Source of the DNA: a virus
Direction: 5' to 3' (one strand)
Length of the DNA stretch: 64,000 nt
Virus record (IMG/VR): IMGVR_UViG_3300023174_000050
Coordinates: 1 to 64,000 of that record
In this document: positions 9,784 through 18,509 of the stretch, piece by piece
How the letters are laid out: the number at the start of each line of letters is the position of its first letter
Numbering within the stretch: the first letter of the stretch is position 1
Translations under genes and position numbers: made by a program
Notes under the pieces: model-generated
What the model saw: only the letters and a program-made list of their open reading frames with translations
What the model was told of the DNA's origin: nothing
Database searches by the model: none

Positions 9784-10025
9784 AAAGAATAATAAGATTT
9801 ACTGCTTCATGGTGTAGTCCATGTAAAGCCCTGGCAAAAAATTTAGAAGAAGCAAATATAGGATTGCCTATAGAAGTAATTGATATAGATATACATTCAG
9901 ACGTTGCTCAAGAATATGGAATACGTAGTGTTCCTGTTTTAATATTAAAAGAAGAGAATGTTGAAAGTAAAAGATTAGTTGGTCTTAAATCGGCAAAAGA
10001 ATTAAAGGAATGGGCGGAAGCATGA
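9780..10025 (+). CDS. Thioredoxin
   Basis: FTASWCSPCK active site; YGIRSVP. Confidence 0.9.
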   Translation: MKRIIRFTASWCSPCKALAKNLEEANIGLPIEVIDIDIHSDVAQEYGIRSVPVLILKEENVESKRLVGLKSAKELKEWAEA

Positions 10026-11014
10026 TTAAAAAAATTACAAATAGATTAACAGATAGTAGAAATTCATTTAAACCATTTCATTATCCATGGGCATATGATG
10101 CATGGCTAAAACATGAGCAAAGTCATTGGCTTCATACAGAAGTACCAATGCTAGAAGATGTTAAAGATTGGAAAAAGAAACTAACAACAGAAGAAAAACA
10201 ATTCCTCACACACATCTTTAGATTTTTTACTCAAGGCGACATTGACGTTGCGGGTGGTTATGTTAATAACTACTTACCGTATTTTCCCCAGCCAGAAGTT
10301 CGTATGATGCTATTGGGTTTTTCTGCAAGAGAAGCACTACATATTGCAGCATACAGTCATTTGATTGAGACGTTAGGATTGCCTGAAACAACATACAATC
10401 AATTCCTTGAGTATCAGGAAATGAGAGACAAACATGATTATTTGTTAGAACTATCTTCACAAAATAGCACATTGGAGTCCACAGCAACACATATTGCCGC
10501 CTTTTCCGCCTTTACGGAAGGTATGCAGTTGTTTAGTTCTTTTATTATGTTATTGAATTTTCCTCGTCATGGTAAGATGAAAGGCATGGGACAAATTGTC
10601 ACATGGTCTATTGTTGATGAAACACAACACGCAGAGGGAATGATTAAATTATTTCGTACTTACATAGAAGAAAATAAGGAGATATGGAATGATTCTCTCA
10701 AAGAAAAGATCTACTCGATTGCGGAGAAGATGGTTAGTCTGGAAGATAAGTTTATTGAATTGTCTTTCAAATCTGGCGCAATACAGGGCTTAGAAGAAAA
10801 CGATGTAAAAGAATACATTCGTTATATTGCAGACAGACGCTTAATTAGTTTAGGACTAAAAGGAATCTTTAAGCGTAAAAAGAATCCTTTGCCGTGGGTT
10901 GAAGAAATGATTAATGCTCCGATTCATACTAATTTCTTTGAAAATAGATCTACTGATTATGCCAAAGCAGCATCGACAGGTAGTTGGGATGAGGTGTGGG
11001 GTAAGGCTGCATGA
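10022..11014 (+). CDS. nrdB: Ribonucleotide reductase class I beta subunit
   Basis: FFTQGDIDV, EALHIAAY, EGMQLFSSF, DETQH, NFFE. Confidence 0.97.
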   Translation: MIKKITNRLTDSRNSFKPFHYPWAYDAWLKHEQSHWLHTEVPMLEDVKDWKKKLTTEEKQFLTHIFRFFTQGDIDVAGGYVNNYLPYFPQPEVRMMLLGFSAREALHIAAYSHLIETLGLPETTYNQFLEYQEMRDKHDYLLELSSQNSTLESTATHIAAFSAFTEGMQLFSSFIMLLNFPRHGKMKGMGQIVTWSIVDETQHAEGMIKLFRTYIEENKEIWNDSLKEKIYSIAEKMVSLEDKFIELSFKSGAIQGLEENDVKEYIRYIADRRLISLGLKGIFKRKKNPLPWVEEMINAPIHTNFFENRSTDYAKAASTGSWDEVWGKAA

Positions 11015-11190
11015 CGGAACAACCTATATCATTTATAAATACACGAAGAGATATTTGTAATACTTGCGAGCATAAGAAAATAATTATAGGCGCAAGATTT
11101 TGTGGATTATGTGGTTGTGCAGTATGGGGCAAGACACAATTAAAGAATGAAAAATGTCCAGCAGGAAAATGGGATGTCGAACAAAATTGA
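11011..11190 (+). CDS. Small Cys-rich Zn-binding protein (59 aa, not in ORF track)
   Basis: RRDICNTCE...CGLCGC...K.....CPAGKW pattern; ATGA overlap with nrdB stop. Confidence 0.7.
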   Translation: MTEQPISFINTRRDICNTCEHKKIIIGARFCGLCGCAVWGKTQLKNEKCPAGKWDVEQN

Positions 11191-11641
11191 TATAGCGCAT
11201 ATGAATGCGGCAGAAGGATATGCAAAATTATCTTATGCAAAAAGATTAAAAGTTGGAGCTATTATAACTAAAGATGATAGAGTAATTTCTATTGGTTATA
11301 ATGGTACACCTGCAGGTTGGGATAATGATTGTGAAGATGTAATACGAGAAACATTTACATATGTTATAGATAAGGGCGGCGAAGAACACGAAGGGGCAAC
11401 CTTTAGTTTAAAAACTAAACCCGAAGTTATACACGCTGAATCAAATGCTATAGGCAAATTAGCTCGCTCATCGGAATCGGGTGATGGTGCAACAATGTAT
11501 ATTACCCACGCCCCATGTTTTGATTGTGCAAAATTAATACATGTGGCAGGTATTAAAAAAGTATTTTATCGAGAAGCATATAGAAGTACTGAGGGTATAG
11601 AATTTTTAAATAAGAGTAATATTGAAGTGGAGAAAATATGA
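11174..11641 (+). CDS. cd: dCMP deaminase
   Basis: SIGYNGTPAG, HAESNAI, THAPCFDC. Confidence 0.95.
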   Translation: MSNKIDIAHMNAAEGYAKLSYAKRLKVGAIITKDDRVISIGYNGTPAGWDNDCEDVIRETFTYVIDKGGEEHEGATFSLKTKPEVIHAESNAIGKLARSSESGDGATMYITHAPCFDCAKLIHVAGIKKVFYREAYRSTEGIEFLNKSNIEVEKI

Positions 11642-12141
11642 GCAAAGTGCACGCAAAAAGAGTAGGCATTACTTGTTCTACATTTGATTTATTTCATGCT
11701 GGCCATGTTGTCATGCTTGAAGAATCAAAAAGGCAATGCGATTATCTAATAGCAGCAATACAATTAGATCCGACATTGGATAGAGCAAGTAAAAATAAAC
11801 CTGTACAATCAATTATTGAAAGACAAATACAAGTATCAGCTTGCAGGCATGTCGATGAAATAATTGTTTATTCTACAGAAAAAGAACTCGAAGATATCTT
11901 TATGGCTATGCCAATTGATGTTCGTATTCTTGGAGAAGAATATAAAGATAAGGAATTCACTGGTAAAGAAATTTGTCAACGAAGAGGAATAGAATTACAC
12001 TATAATAAAAGAGATCATTTCTTCAGTTCATCTGATCTACGATTACGTGTATATGAAGCAGAAGCAAAAAAGAGAGGAGTAGCAGAATGGCAAGGAAACA
12101 GCATCACGAATGTGTCGAGTGTGAAGCAGTCTTTAAGATAA
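11638..12141 (+). CDS. Cytidylyltransferase (TagD/glycerol-3-phosphate type)
   Basis: STFDLFHAGH, VDEI, RILGEEY, SSSDLR. Confidence 0.88.
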   Translation: MSKVHAKRVGITCSTFDLFHAGHVVMLEESKRQCDYLIAAIQLDPTLDRASKNKPVQSIIERQIQVSACRHVDEIIVYSTEKELEDIFMAMPIDVRILGEEYKDKEFTGKEICQRRGIELHYNKRDHFFSSSDLRLRVYEAEAKKRGVAEWQGNSITNVSSVKQSLR

Positions 12142-12266
12142 ATTACGATCTTGACGAGAAATATTATAAGGTAGAGTTTTGCCCATTTTGTGGCTCTTCG
12201 ATGGATGAGGATCAAACAGATGAGCAATACGCAGACCTCGATAACGAAGACGAAGACTTGTCCTAA
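12087..12266 (+). CDS. Zinc-ribbon protein with acidic tail (59 aa, not in ORF track)
   Basis: GAGGAG SD; MARKQHHECVECEAVF...FCPFCGSSMDED. Confidence 0.65.
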   Translation: MARKQHHECVECEAVFKINYDLDEKYYKVEFCPFCGSSMDEDQTDEQYADLDNEDEDLS

Positions 12267-12582
12267 ATGCGGCACAGGTCACAGTAAACCCGGAAAGTTT
12301 TGTTCTCGGGTTTGCGCCAATTCCAGACAATGGACTGAGGAACAAAAACAAGTATTCTCGGATAAACAAAAAGAATATATGGCTCGCGACGAGTCAGAAT
12401 ATCACCGCTACAAAAAATCAATACAAACCTCAATGCTGCTCAAAACTGGTACTATGGGCAATGGTCTTGCCACGGAAAGACTTGAGGATGTAATGACAGA
12501 TCCCGAAGATTACTTCATTTTACCACCGAGAATAGACGATAGATTGGCCGAGGGCGGAGATTTATGGGAGATTGTAGAATAA
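12220..12582 (+). CDS. Hypothetical protein with N-terminal Zn finger
   Basis: CPKCG...FCSRVCAN followed by a NUMOD3-like WTEEQKQ. Confidence 0.6.
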   Translation: MSNTQTSITKTKTCPKCGTGHSKPGKFCSRVCANSRQWTEEQKQVFSDKQKEYMARDESEYHRYKKSIQTSMLLKTGTMGNGLATERLEDVMTDPEDYFILPPRIDDRLAEGGDLWEIVE

Positions 12583-12607
12583 TAAATACTTATTTAGATA
12601 GGTATTT

Positions 12608-13006
12608 ATGTGGCTTTATAATAGTTCTCCCTTTGAGGAAATTCCAGAAACTGCGTATGGTTATGTATATTTGATTACAAATACTGTTACTGGACGTAAG
12701 TATATAGGTAAGAAACTATTTTGGTTTCGTAAGACCAAAGTACTCAAGGGTAAAAAGAAACGCATCAAGGTTGAGTCAGATTGGCGAGATTACTGGTCCT
12801 CATCCGATGAAGTTAAAAAAGATGTCGAAATACTAGGTACCGATAAATTTATACGAGAAATATTACATGTTTGTCCAAACAAAGGATCTTGTAATTATCT
12901 TGAAGCAAGAGAACAAATGGATCGCAGAGTATTAGAAACTGAAGATTATTATAATGGGCAAATACAATGCAGGGTCCACAGGACACATATAAAGATAGGA
13001 AAATAA
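12608..13006 (+). CDS. GIY-YIG endonuclease (EndoII/Seg-like)
   Basis: YGYVYLITNTVTGRKYIGKK; YLEAREQ; YYNG. Confidence 0.85.
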   Translation: MWLYNSSPFEEIPETAYGYVYLITNTVTGRKYIGKKLFWFRKTKVLKGKKKRIKVESDWRDYWSSSDEVKKDVEILGTDKFIREILHVCPNKGSCNYLEAREQMDRRVLETEDYYNGQIQCRVHRTHIKIGK

Positions 13007-13007
13007 T

Positions 13008-13919
13008 ATGCTAATTCTTTCAGGCGGCGCAATATTATCAGGGGGAGCTACATTCATACCTGATCCACCGCCACCTCCGCTAACAGTAGAATATTTAGTT
13101 GTTGCGGGGGGCGGTGGTGCTGCGTGTTATTTCTCAGGTGGCGGTGGTGCTGGAGGGTTATTGACTGGTAATATCACCGGCATTTCTACTCCCGCTACGT
13201 ACTCAATTACTGTTGGCGCAGGTGGAGCTGGCGGCTCTGGCTCATTACCCAGCGCCGGTATCGGTGGCACCGGAAATAATTCAAATATATTTAATCCGGG
13301 ATTATCAATAATTTCATTGGGCGGGGGCGGCGGGGCCACTAGGCAAACTGGCGGCGCAGGTGGTTCCGGCGGCGGAGGTGGCAACGCGGACACTGCTGGC
13401 GGCGCTGGAACTCCTGGGCAAGGATTTCCTGGTGGTAGCGGCAGTGGAACGGGCGGTCAAACCAATATTGCAGCAGGTGGTGGTGGCGGAGCAACAGCTG
13501 CTGGAACCAATGGCGTTCAGCAATCTGTGCGCGGTGTTGGTGGCGCAGGTTCAAACGCATTTTCGACTTGGGCAACCGCTACATCAACCGGCGTTGCTGG
13601 TTACTATGCTGGTGGTGGAGGTGGCGGAGCATCAGGCACACTTGGTCCGACAGCAACCCCCGGTGGCGCTGGAGGTGGTGGAGCCGGAGGTACGCCTGGC
13701 AGTCCAGCGCCTATATCTGGTGTAAACGGCACAATCAATACCGGGGGTGGAGCAGGTGGAGGCGGAGAAAACGGAGGAAGCACTGGGGCATCAGGCGGTT
13801 CTGGTATCGTTATTTTGCGTTATTTGGGAGCACAAAGGGGGGTTGGCGGAAACGTAGTCACTTCTGGAGGTTATACATATCACACCTTTGCTTCATCCAA
13901 CACAATCACATTTAATTAG
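13008..13919 (+). CDS. Glycine-rich domain protein (adhesin-like)
   Basis: EYLVVAGGGG...GGSGIVILRY architecture; N-terminal ILSGGAILSGG and PDPPPPP linker. Confidence 0.85.
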   Translation: MLILSGGAILSGGATFIPDPPPPPLTVEYLVVAGGGGAACYFSGGGGAGGLLTGNITGISTPATYSITVGAGGAGGSGSLPSAGIGGTGNNSNIFNPGLSIISLGGGGGATRQTGGAGGSGGGGGNADTAGGAGTPGQGFPGGSGSGTGGQTNIAAGGGGGATAAGTNGVQQSVRGVGGAGSNAFSTWATATSTGVAGYYAGGGGGGASGTLGPTATPGGAGGGGAGGTPGSPAPISGVNGTINTGGGAGGGGENGGSTGASGGSGIVILRYLGAQRGVGGNVVTSGGYTYHTFASSNTITFN

Positions 13920-13927
13920 GAAATAAT

Positions 13928-14812
13928 ATGCCAATGATAATCTCAGGCGCAACAATTACAGGACTTACATATACACCCCCAGACCCCTCACTTACAGTTG
14001 TGGAATTTAAACTATGGGCAGGTGGTGGTGGTGGAACTGCGGCTGGTGATGGATATGGTGGTGGTAGCGGTGGATTTGTAGCGGGAACACTTTCTTTTAA
14101 TCCTGGTACTGTACTCAAAGTTGTTGTGGGTGCTGGCGGTTCTGCTGGTACTGGAGGAAAAGCTGGCGGTGGTGGCGGTTATTGTGGGGTGTTTCTCACA
14201 TCAGTCTCTCATGCAAATGCTCTGCTAATTGCTGGTGCTGGTTCTTCTGGTGCAAGAAATGGGTTCGCCGGTGTGGGCGGCGGCGGATCAACGGGACAAA
14301 ACGGATTGGGAACTGGTGGCGGTGGCGGCACTCAACTAGCAGGTGGCGCAGCGGGAGGCACAACAAATGTAGGAACTGCCGGTTCAGCCTTGCAAGGTGG
14401 TGCTGGTGCGTTAGGGCCATCCGGAGGTGCTGTTTATGGCGGCGGCCCTGATGGTGGCGGAGACAATGCAACTGCTACTTGTGGAAGCGGAGGCGCAGGA
14501 TACTATGGCGGCGGAGGTGCTGGTAACTCTGGTGCACCAAACTATGGCGGCTCCGGGGGTGGTGGATCGAGTTATCTTGGTACAGCAACATCAACCACAA
14601 ATACAGTAGGAAATAACGGTTCTACTGGAACTGGTGGTGCGGCAATAAATTCTGGCGATGCACAGTATCAGGCTAATACAAACAAAGGTGGAAATGGAGG
14701 CGCAGGTGGAGGACCAACTGCGGGCGGAAATGGTGCGTGTGTGTATCGAGTCAATGGTGGTTCGTGGGTTGTATTGAGTTATACTGGTGCAGACCAAACC
14801 ATAACTTTGTAA
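13928..14812 (+). CDS. Glycine-rich domain protein (divergent subtype)
   Basis: FKLWAGGGGG...GGNGACVYR; poly-Gly stretches. Confidence 0.82.
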   Translation: MPMIISGATITGLTYTPPDPSLTVVEFKLWAGGGGGTAAGDGYGGGSGGFVAGTLSFNPGTVLKVVVGAGGSAGTGGKAGGGGGYCGVFLTSVSHANALLIAGAGSSGARNGFAGVGGGGSTGQNGLGTGGGGGTQLAGGAAGGTTNVGTAGSALQGGAGALGPSGGAVYGGGPDGGGDNATATCGSGGAGYYGGGGAGNSGAPNYGGSGGGGSSYLGTATSTTNTVGNNGSTGTGGAAINSGDAQYQANTNKGGNGGAGGGPTAGGNGACVYRVNGGSWVVLSYTGADQTITL

Positions 14813-14857
14813 AAATAAGATAATTTTTATGACACAAACATTTAATTAGGAAATAAT

Positions 14858-15781
14858 ATGCCAATAATAACTACAGGTGGCGGAACACTTTCAGGTTTTA
14901 CATATATACCTGACCCTCCACCTCCACCTCCTCTTGCAGTATCGTATTTAATAGTAGCAGGCGGAGGTGGCGGTGGCGGAAATTATTATGGAGGTGGCGG
15001 TGGTGCAGGTGGTTATTTCGCCAATAGTGTGGTATTACCTACAGGAGTATCCGTTAGTTTTACACTTACAATAGGTGGCGGTGGCGCAGGATCACCTAGT
15101 GGTGGTCCAGGCACAGATGGTACACCTTCAATTGCCAATATTAACTCCCTAAGCACAGTGACTGTTGTGGGTGGGGGCGGTGGTGCTACAAGCGGCCAAG
15201 GCCCTGGCCGTCCTGGCGGATCAGGTGGCGGAGCAGCAAATCCGGCAGGCGGGGTCGGTCCTTCCGGCCCTGTTGTGGGCGGTACAGGCACAGCTGGACA
15301 AGGAAATCCTGGCGCGCCAGCAAATTCAAGAACAGGCGGCGGACAGTATGGCGGCGGTGGCGGTGGCGCCGGTACTGCCGGAAAAACAGGTTCTCTCCAA
15401 GGTCACGGTGGTGACGGTAATGCATGGATAAATGGTAATTATTATGCCGGCGGTGGCGGCGGAGCTGCAGATTTTAATTTTTCTCCCATTGCTCCCAGTC
15501 CAGGTGGTCTTGGTGGCGGTGGCCGAAGCGCTGGGGAAAGCCCCCCAGGTACAACATTTCAGTCTGTTGCCGGTAACGTAAATACCGGCGGGGGCGGTGG
15601 CGCTGGTGCACACACCGCCACAGCGGCAGGCGCAGCTGGTGGATCAGGCGTGGCTATTTTTGCGCATCCTAGTGCATACGCTGCAACATCTAATATTACA
15701 GGTAGTAACACTGTGGTAACATCTGGCGGTAATGTATATTATACATTTACTGGTCCTGGAACAATAAGATTCGTCGGATAA
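14858..15781 (+). CDS. Glycine-rich domain protein
   Basis: YLIVAGGGG...GGSGVAIFAHP...YYTFTGPGTIRF. Confidence 0.85.
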   Translation: MPIITTGGGTLSGFTYIPDPPPPPPLAVSYLIVAGGGGGGGNYYGGGGGAGGYFANSVVLPTGVSVSFTLTIGGGGAGSPSGGPGTDGTPSIANINSLSTVTVVGGGGGATSGQGPGRPGGSGGGAANPAGGVGPSGPVVGGTGTAGQGNPGAPANSRTGGGQYGGGGGGAGTAGKTGSLQGHGGDGNAWINGNYYAGGGGGAADFNFSPIAPSPGGLGGGGRSAGESPPGTTFQSVAGNVNTGGGGGAGAHTATAAGAAGGSGVAIFAHPSAYAATSNITGSNTVVTSGGNVYYTFTGPGTIRFVG

Positions 15782-15801
15782 CTTTTTAATTAGGAAATAG
15801 C

Positions 15802-16728
15802 ATGCCAATTACAATTACAGGCGGCGTATCGCTTTCAGGATTTAGCTTTATACCTGAACCACCCCCTCCCTTTACATTATCATATCTATTGGTCGGCGGC
15901 GGCGGTGCAGGTGGTGGCAAGTATTATGGTGGCGGCGGCGGCGCTGGTGGTTATATTGCAAATAGTTTTATAATATCAAAAGGCACATCTGCTAGCTTTG
16001 CTGTTACACAAATAGGTGGCGGTGGTACAGGTGGAGCTGATAACGCCAAAGGTTCGCCAGGTACACCTTCAATTTCAACTTCTCCGTTAACAGGCACATT
16101 AACTGCTATTGGTGGCGGCGGCGGTGGTACTGGCTTCTTTCCGCCAAGCTTTGATGGTAATCCTGGTGGATCAGGTGGTGGTGCAGGAAATCAAGCAGGT
16201 AGTGGAGGCCCAAACAGTACGGGTGGTACAGGTACAACTGGACAGGGAAATCCTGGTGCGCCAGCAAATTCAAGAACAGGTGGCGGACAATATGGTGGCG
16301 GCGGGGGCGGCGCTGGTACTACAGGAAAGACAGGTAGTCTACAAGGATATGGCGGTGATGGTAAGCAATGGATAAATGGTAACTACTATGCAGGGGGCGG
16401 CGGTGGAGCTGCAGATTTTGGTGCTTCTTCTACCCTTGCTCCTAGTCCTGGTGGTTTGGGTGGGGGTGGCCGAAGCGGCGGAGAGAATCCTCCGGGTACA
16501 ACATTCCAGGCTCTTGCTGGTAACGTAAATACCGGCGGCGGCGGTGGTGCTGGTGCACACAACGCCACACCGTTAGGCGCTGGCGGCGGATCGGGTATAG
16601 CTATTTTTGCACATCCCGATGCTTTTACTGCAACGTCCAATACTACAGGTAGCCCAAATGTGGTAACATCTGGCGGCAACGTATATTATACATTTACTGG
16701 TCCTGGAACAATAACATTTGTTGCATAA
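15802..16728 (+). CDS. Glycine-rich domain protein, close paralog of 14858-15781
   Basis: Shared block GQGNPGAPANSRTGGGQYGGGGGGAG...GNVNTGGGGGAGAH. Confidence 0.85.
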   Translation: MPITITGGVSLSGFSFIPEPPPPFTLSYLLVGGGGAGGGKYYGGGGGAGGYIANSFIISKGTSASFAVTQIGGGGTGGADNAKGSPGTPSISTSPLTGTLTAIGGGGGGTGFFPPSFDGNPGGSGGGAGNQAGSGGPNSTGGTGTTGQGNPGAPANSRTGGGQYGGGGGGAGTTGKTGSLQGYGGDGKQWINGNYYAGGGGGAADFGASSTLAPSPGGLGGGGRSGGENPPGTTFQALAGNVNTGGGGGAGAHNATPLGAGGGSGIAIFAHPDAFTATSNTTGSPNVVTSGGNVYYTFTGPGTITFVA

Positions 16729-16810
16729 TTAGATTAAAAATAGATTAAATGAGATATATAATATTACAACCGACCACAACGATAGGGTGGTGCTGGAACT
16801 CGTAACCAGC

Positions 16811-16840
16811 ATAGGGCCCGAGCGGTCCTATTTTACTTTT
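16811..16840 (+). terminator. Intrinsic terminator-like hairpin
   Basis: ATAGGGCC-CGAGC-GGTCCTAT then TTTTACTTTT. Confidence 0.6.
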
Positions 16841-16848
16841 AAACTAAT

Positions 16849-17493
16849 ATGAAAACAATTGCTTTATTTGAAGATGATCGCAGCAAATCTGCAATATCAT
16901 GCGGTGATGGCATAGTCGAAGCATTATCACCATATTTTAATATCAAAATCTTTAGAAAACATCAATGTGTTGCAGAGACATTTGATGGTGTAGATTTACT
17001 AGCATTTCCTGGAGGTGTGGGCGATGCAGACGATTATTTTCATATGTTTCCAAGAAAGAATGCCAACGCCGTAGCAAATTTTGTTGCCGCTGGTGGTGCA
17101 TATCTTGGCATCTGTGTTGGTGCATACTGGGCTGGGCCAGCATACTTTGATATCTTAAAAGGCGCCGAACCGGTTCAATATATAAAACGACCAACTGCTG
17201 ATATTATGCGTAGTTGTAATATTGCTGCAGAATGCGTGTGGAATGGTGAAGAAGAAAGAATATTTTTTCGAGATGGATGTACTTTTGTAGGTGATCTCAG
17301 CCATTCAGAAATTGTCAGTACATATTTCAATAAAGAACCCATGTGCATTAGGCAAGGTAAAATTGGCGTAATGGGTGCCTGTTTAGATTCGCAAGAGTGG
17401 TGGTATGATAATAAAACGATCAAACAATACTGGCACAAAGGCAGACATCATACTTTGTTACTTGATTTTGTTAATGACTTAATGAAACGGTAA
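16849..17493 (+). CDS. BPL_N (biotin-protein ligase N-terminal, class I GATase-like) domain protein
   Basis: LLAFPGGVGD and GGAYLGICVGAYWAG nucleophile elbow. Confidence 0.8.
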   Translation: MKTIALFEDDRSKSAISCGDGIVEALSPYFNIKIFRKHQCVAETFDGVDLLAFPGGVGDADDYFHMFPRKNANAVANFVAAGGAYLGICVGAYWAGPAYFDILKGAEPVQYIKRPTADIMRSCNIAAECVWNGEEERIFFRDGCTFVGDLSHSEIVSTYFNKEPMCIRQGKIGVMGACLDSQEWWYDNKTIKQYWHKGRHHTLLLDFVNDLMKR

Positions 17494-17501
17494 TATAAAT
17501 A
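17494..17501 (+). promoter_or_regulatory. T4-type late promoter
   Basis: Intergenic TATAAATA upstream of a virion gene. Confidence 0.65.
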
Positions 17502-17522
17502 TACAAATAACTAGGAAAAAAT

Positions 17523-18509
17523 ATGGAATTACGAGGAATGTCAATTTATGGGGGAATAACATATGTTCCTGACCAAGCTGCGATTGCCCCATTTAGTTCA
17601 GTACAATACTTACTAGTGGCAGGTGGTGGCGGTGGTGGCGGAAGGCATGGTGGAGGTGGCGGTGCTGGCGGTTATTTATCCAATGTAAACTATCCGATAA
17701 CACTTGGAACTACGTATACTATTACTGTGGGTGCCGGTGCCAGCACTGCAACAGGCGGCGCTCGTGGTGGCATAGGTTCCAACACAATTATTAGTTCACC
17801 TGCTCTTGCGGCAAATATTACAGCACTGGGTGGCGGTGGCGGTGGCGTATATCCTAATCCAAACGATACGGGTCTTAGTGGCGGATCAGGTGGTGGCGGC
17901 GGATCTGATGGCGCTAGCTCAGCTGGCGGATCAGGTACATCTGGTCAAGGTTTTGCTGGCGGTACTGGTATTGGCACTCAACCCGGCGATCAAAGAATTT
18001 GCGGAGGTGGAGGTGGTGCAAGCGCGGTCGGTGCTAGTGCTAGCATATCTCCTTCTCAAAGCGGTAATGGTGGTGCAGGTGCTTTGTGGTTAGATGGATA
18101 CTATTACGCGGGCGGTGGCGGTGGCGGAAATTGGTTAACAACTATTGCTGCTGGTAACGGTGGCATTGGTGGAGGTGGAGGTGGAGGAATGCAGGGCCCG
18201 GGTTCAGCAGGCACCGGGGGAGGTTCTGCGCTTAATAGCGGTGCACCTGGCACTCAAAGTAATTCCAATCCAGGAACTTCTTCAGGGGGTGCAGCCGGTA
18301 CCAATACTGGAGGTGGTGGCGGTGGAGCTGGTCAAAGCCAGTATCTAGGATATTCAGGAACAGGTGGTGCAGGCGGGTCTGGTATTGCAGTTATTCGTCA
18401 TCCCGATGTATATGCAAATGCTATAGTAACAGGATTACCTAACGTAATTTACGCCAATGCCAACATTATCTACAGATTCTGGCAATCTGGCACAATAAGA
18501 TTCCAATGA
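17523..18509 (+). CDS. Glycine-rich domain protein
   Basis: QYLLVAGGGGGG...GGSGIAVIRHP...IIYRFWQSGTIRF. Confidence 0.85.
   Translation: MELRGMSIYGGITYVPDQAAIAPFSSVQYLLVAGGGGGGGRHGGGGGAGGYLSNVNYPITLGTTYTITVGAGASTATGGARGGIGSNTIISSPALAANITALGGGGGGVYPNPNDTGLSGGSGGGGGSDGASSAGGSGTSGQGFAGGTGIGTQPGDQRICGGGGGASAVGASASISPSQSGNGGAGALWLDGYYYAGGGGGGNWLTTIAAGNGGIGGGGGGGMQGPGSAGTGGGSALNSGAPGTQSNSNPGTSSGGAAGTNTGGGGGGAGQSQYLGYSGTGGAGGSGIAVIRHPDVYANAIVTGLPNVIYANANIIYRFWQSGTIRFQ

Noticed and set aside
11034-11041. TATAAATA late promoter
   Set aside because: Lies within a small coding region in AT-rich DNA; may be chance
14858-16728. Diversity-generating retroelement TR/VR pair among the adhesin repeats
   Set aside because: Differences are mostly third-position changes, not adenine-specific; no reverse transcriptase in the window
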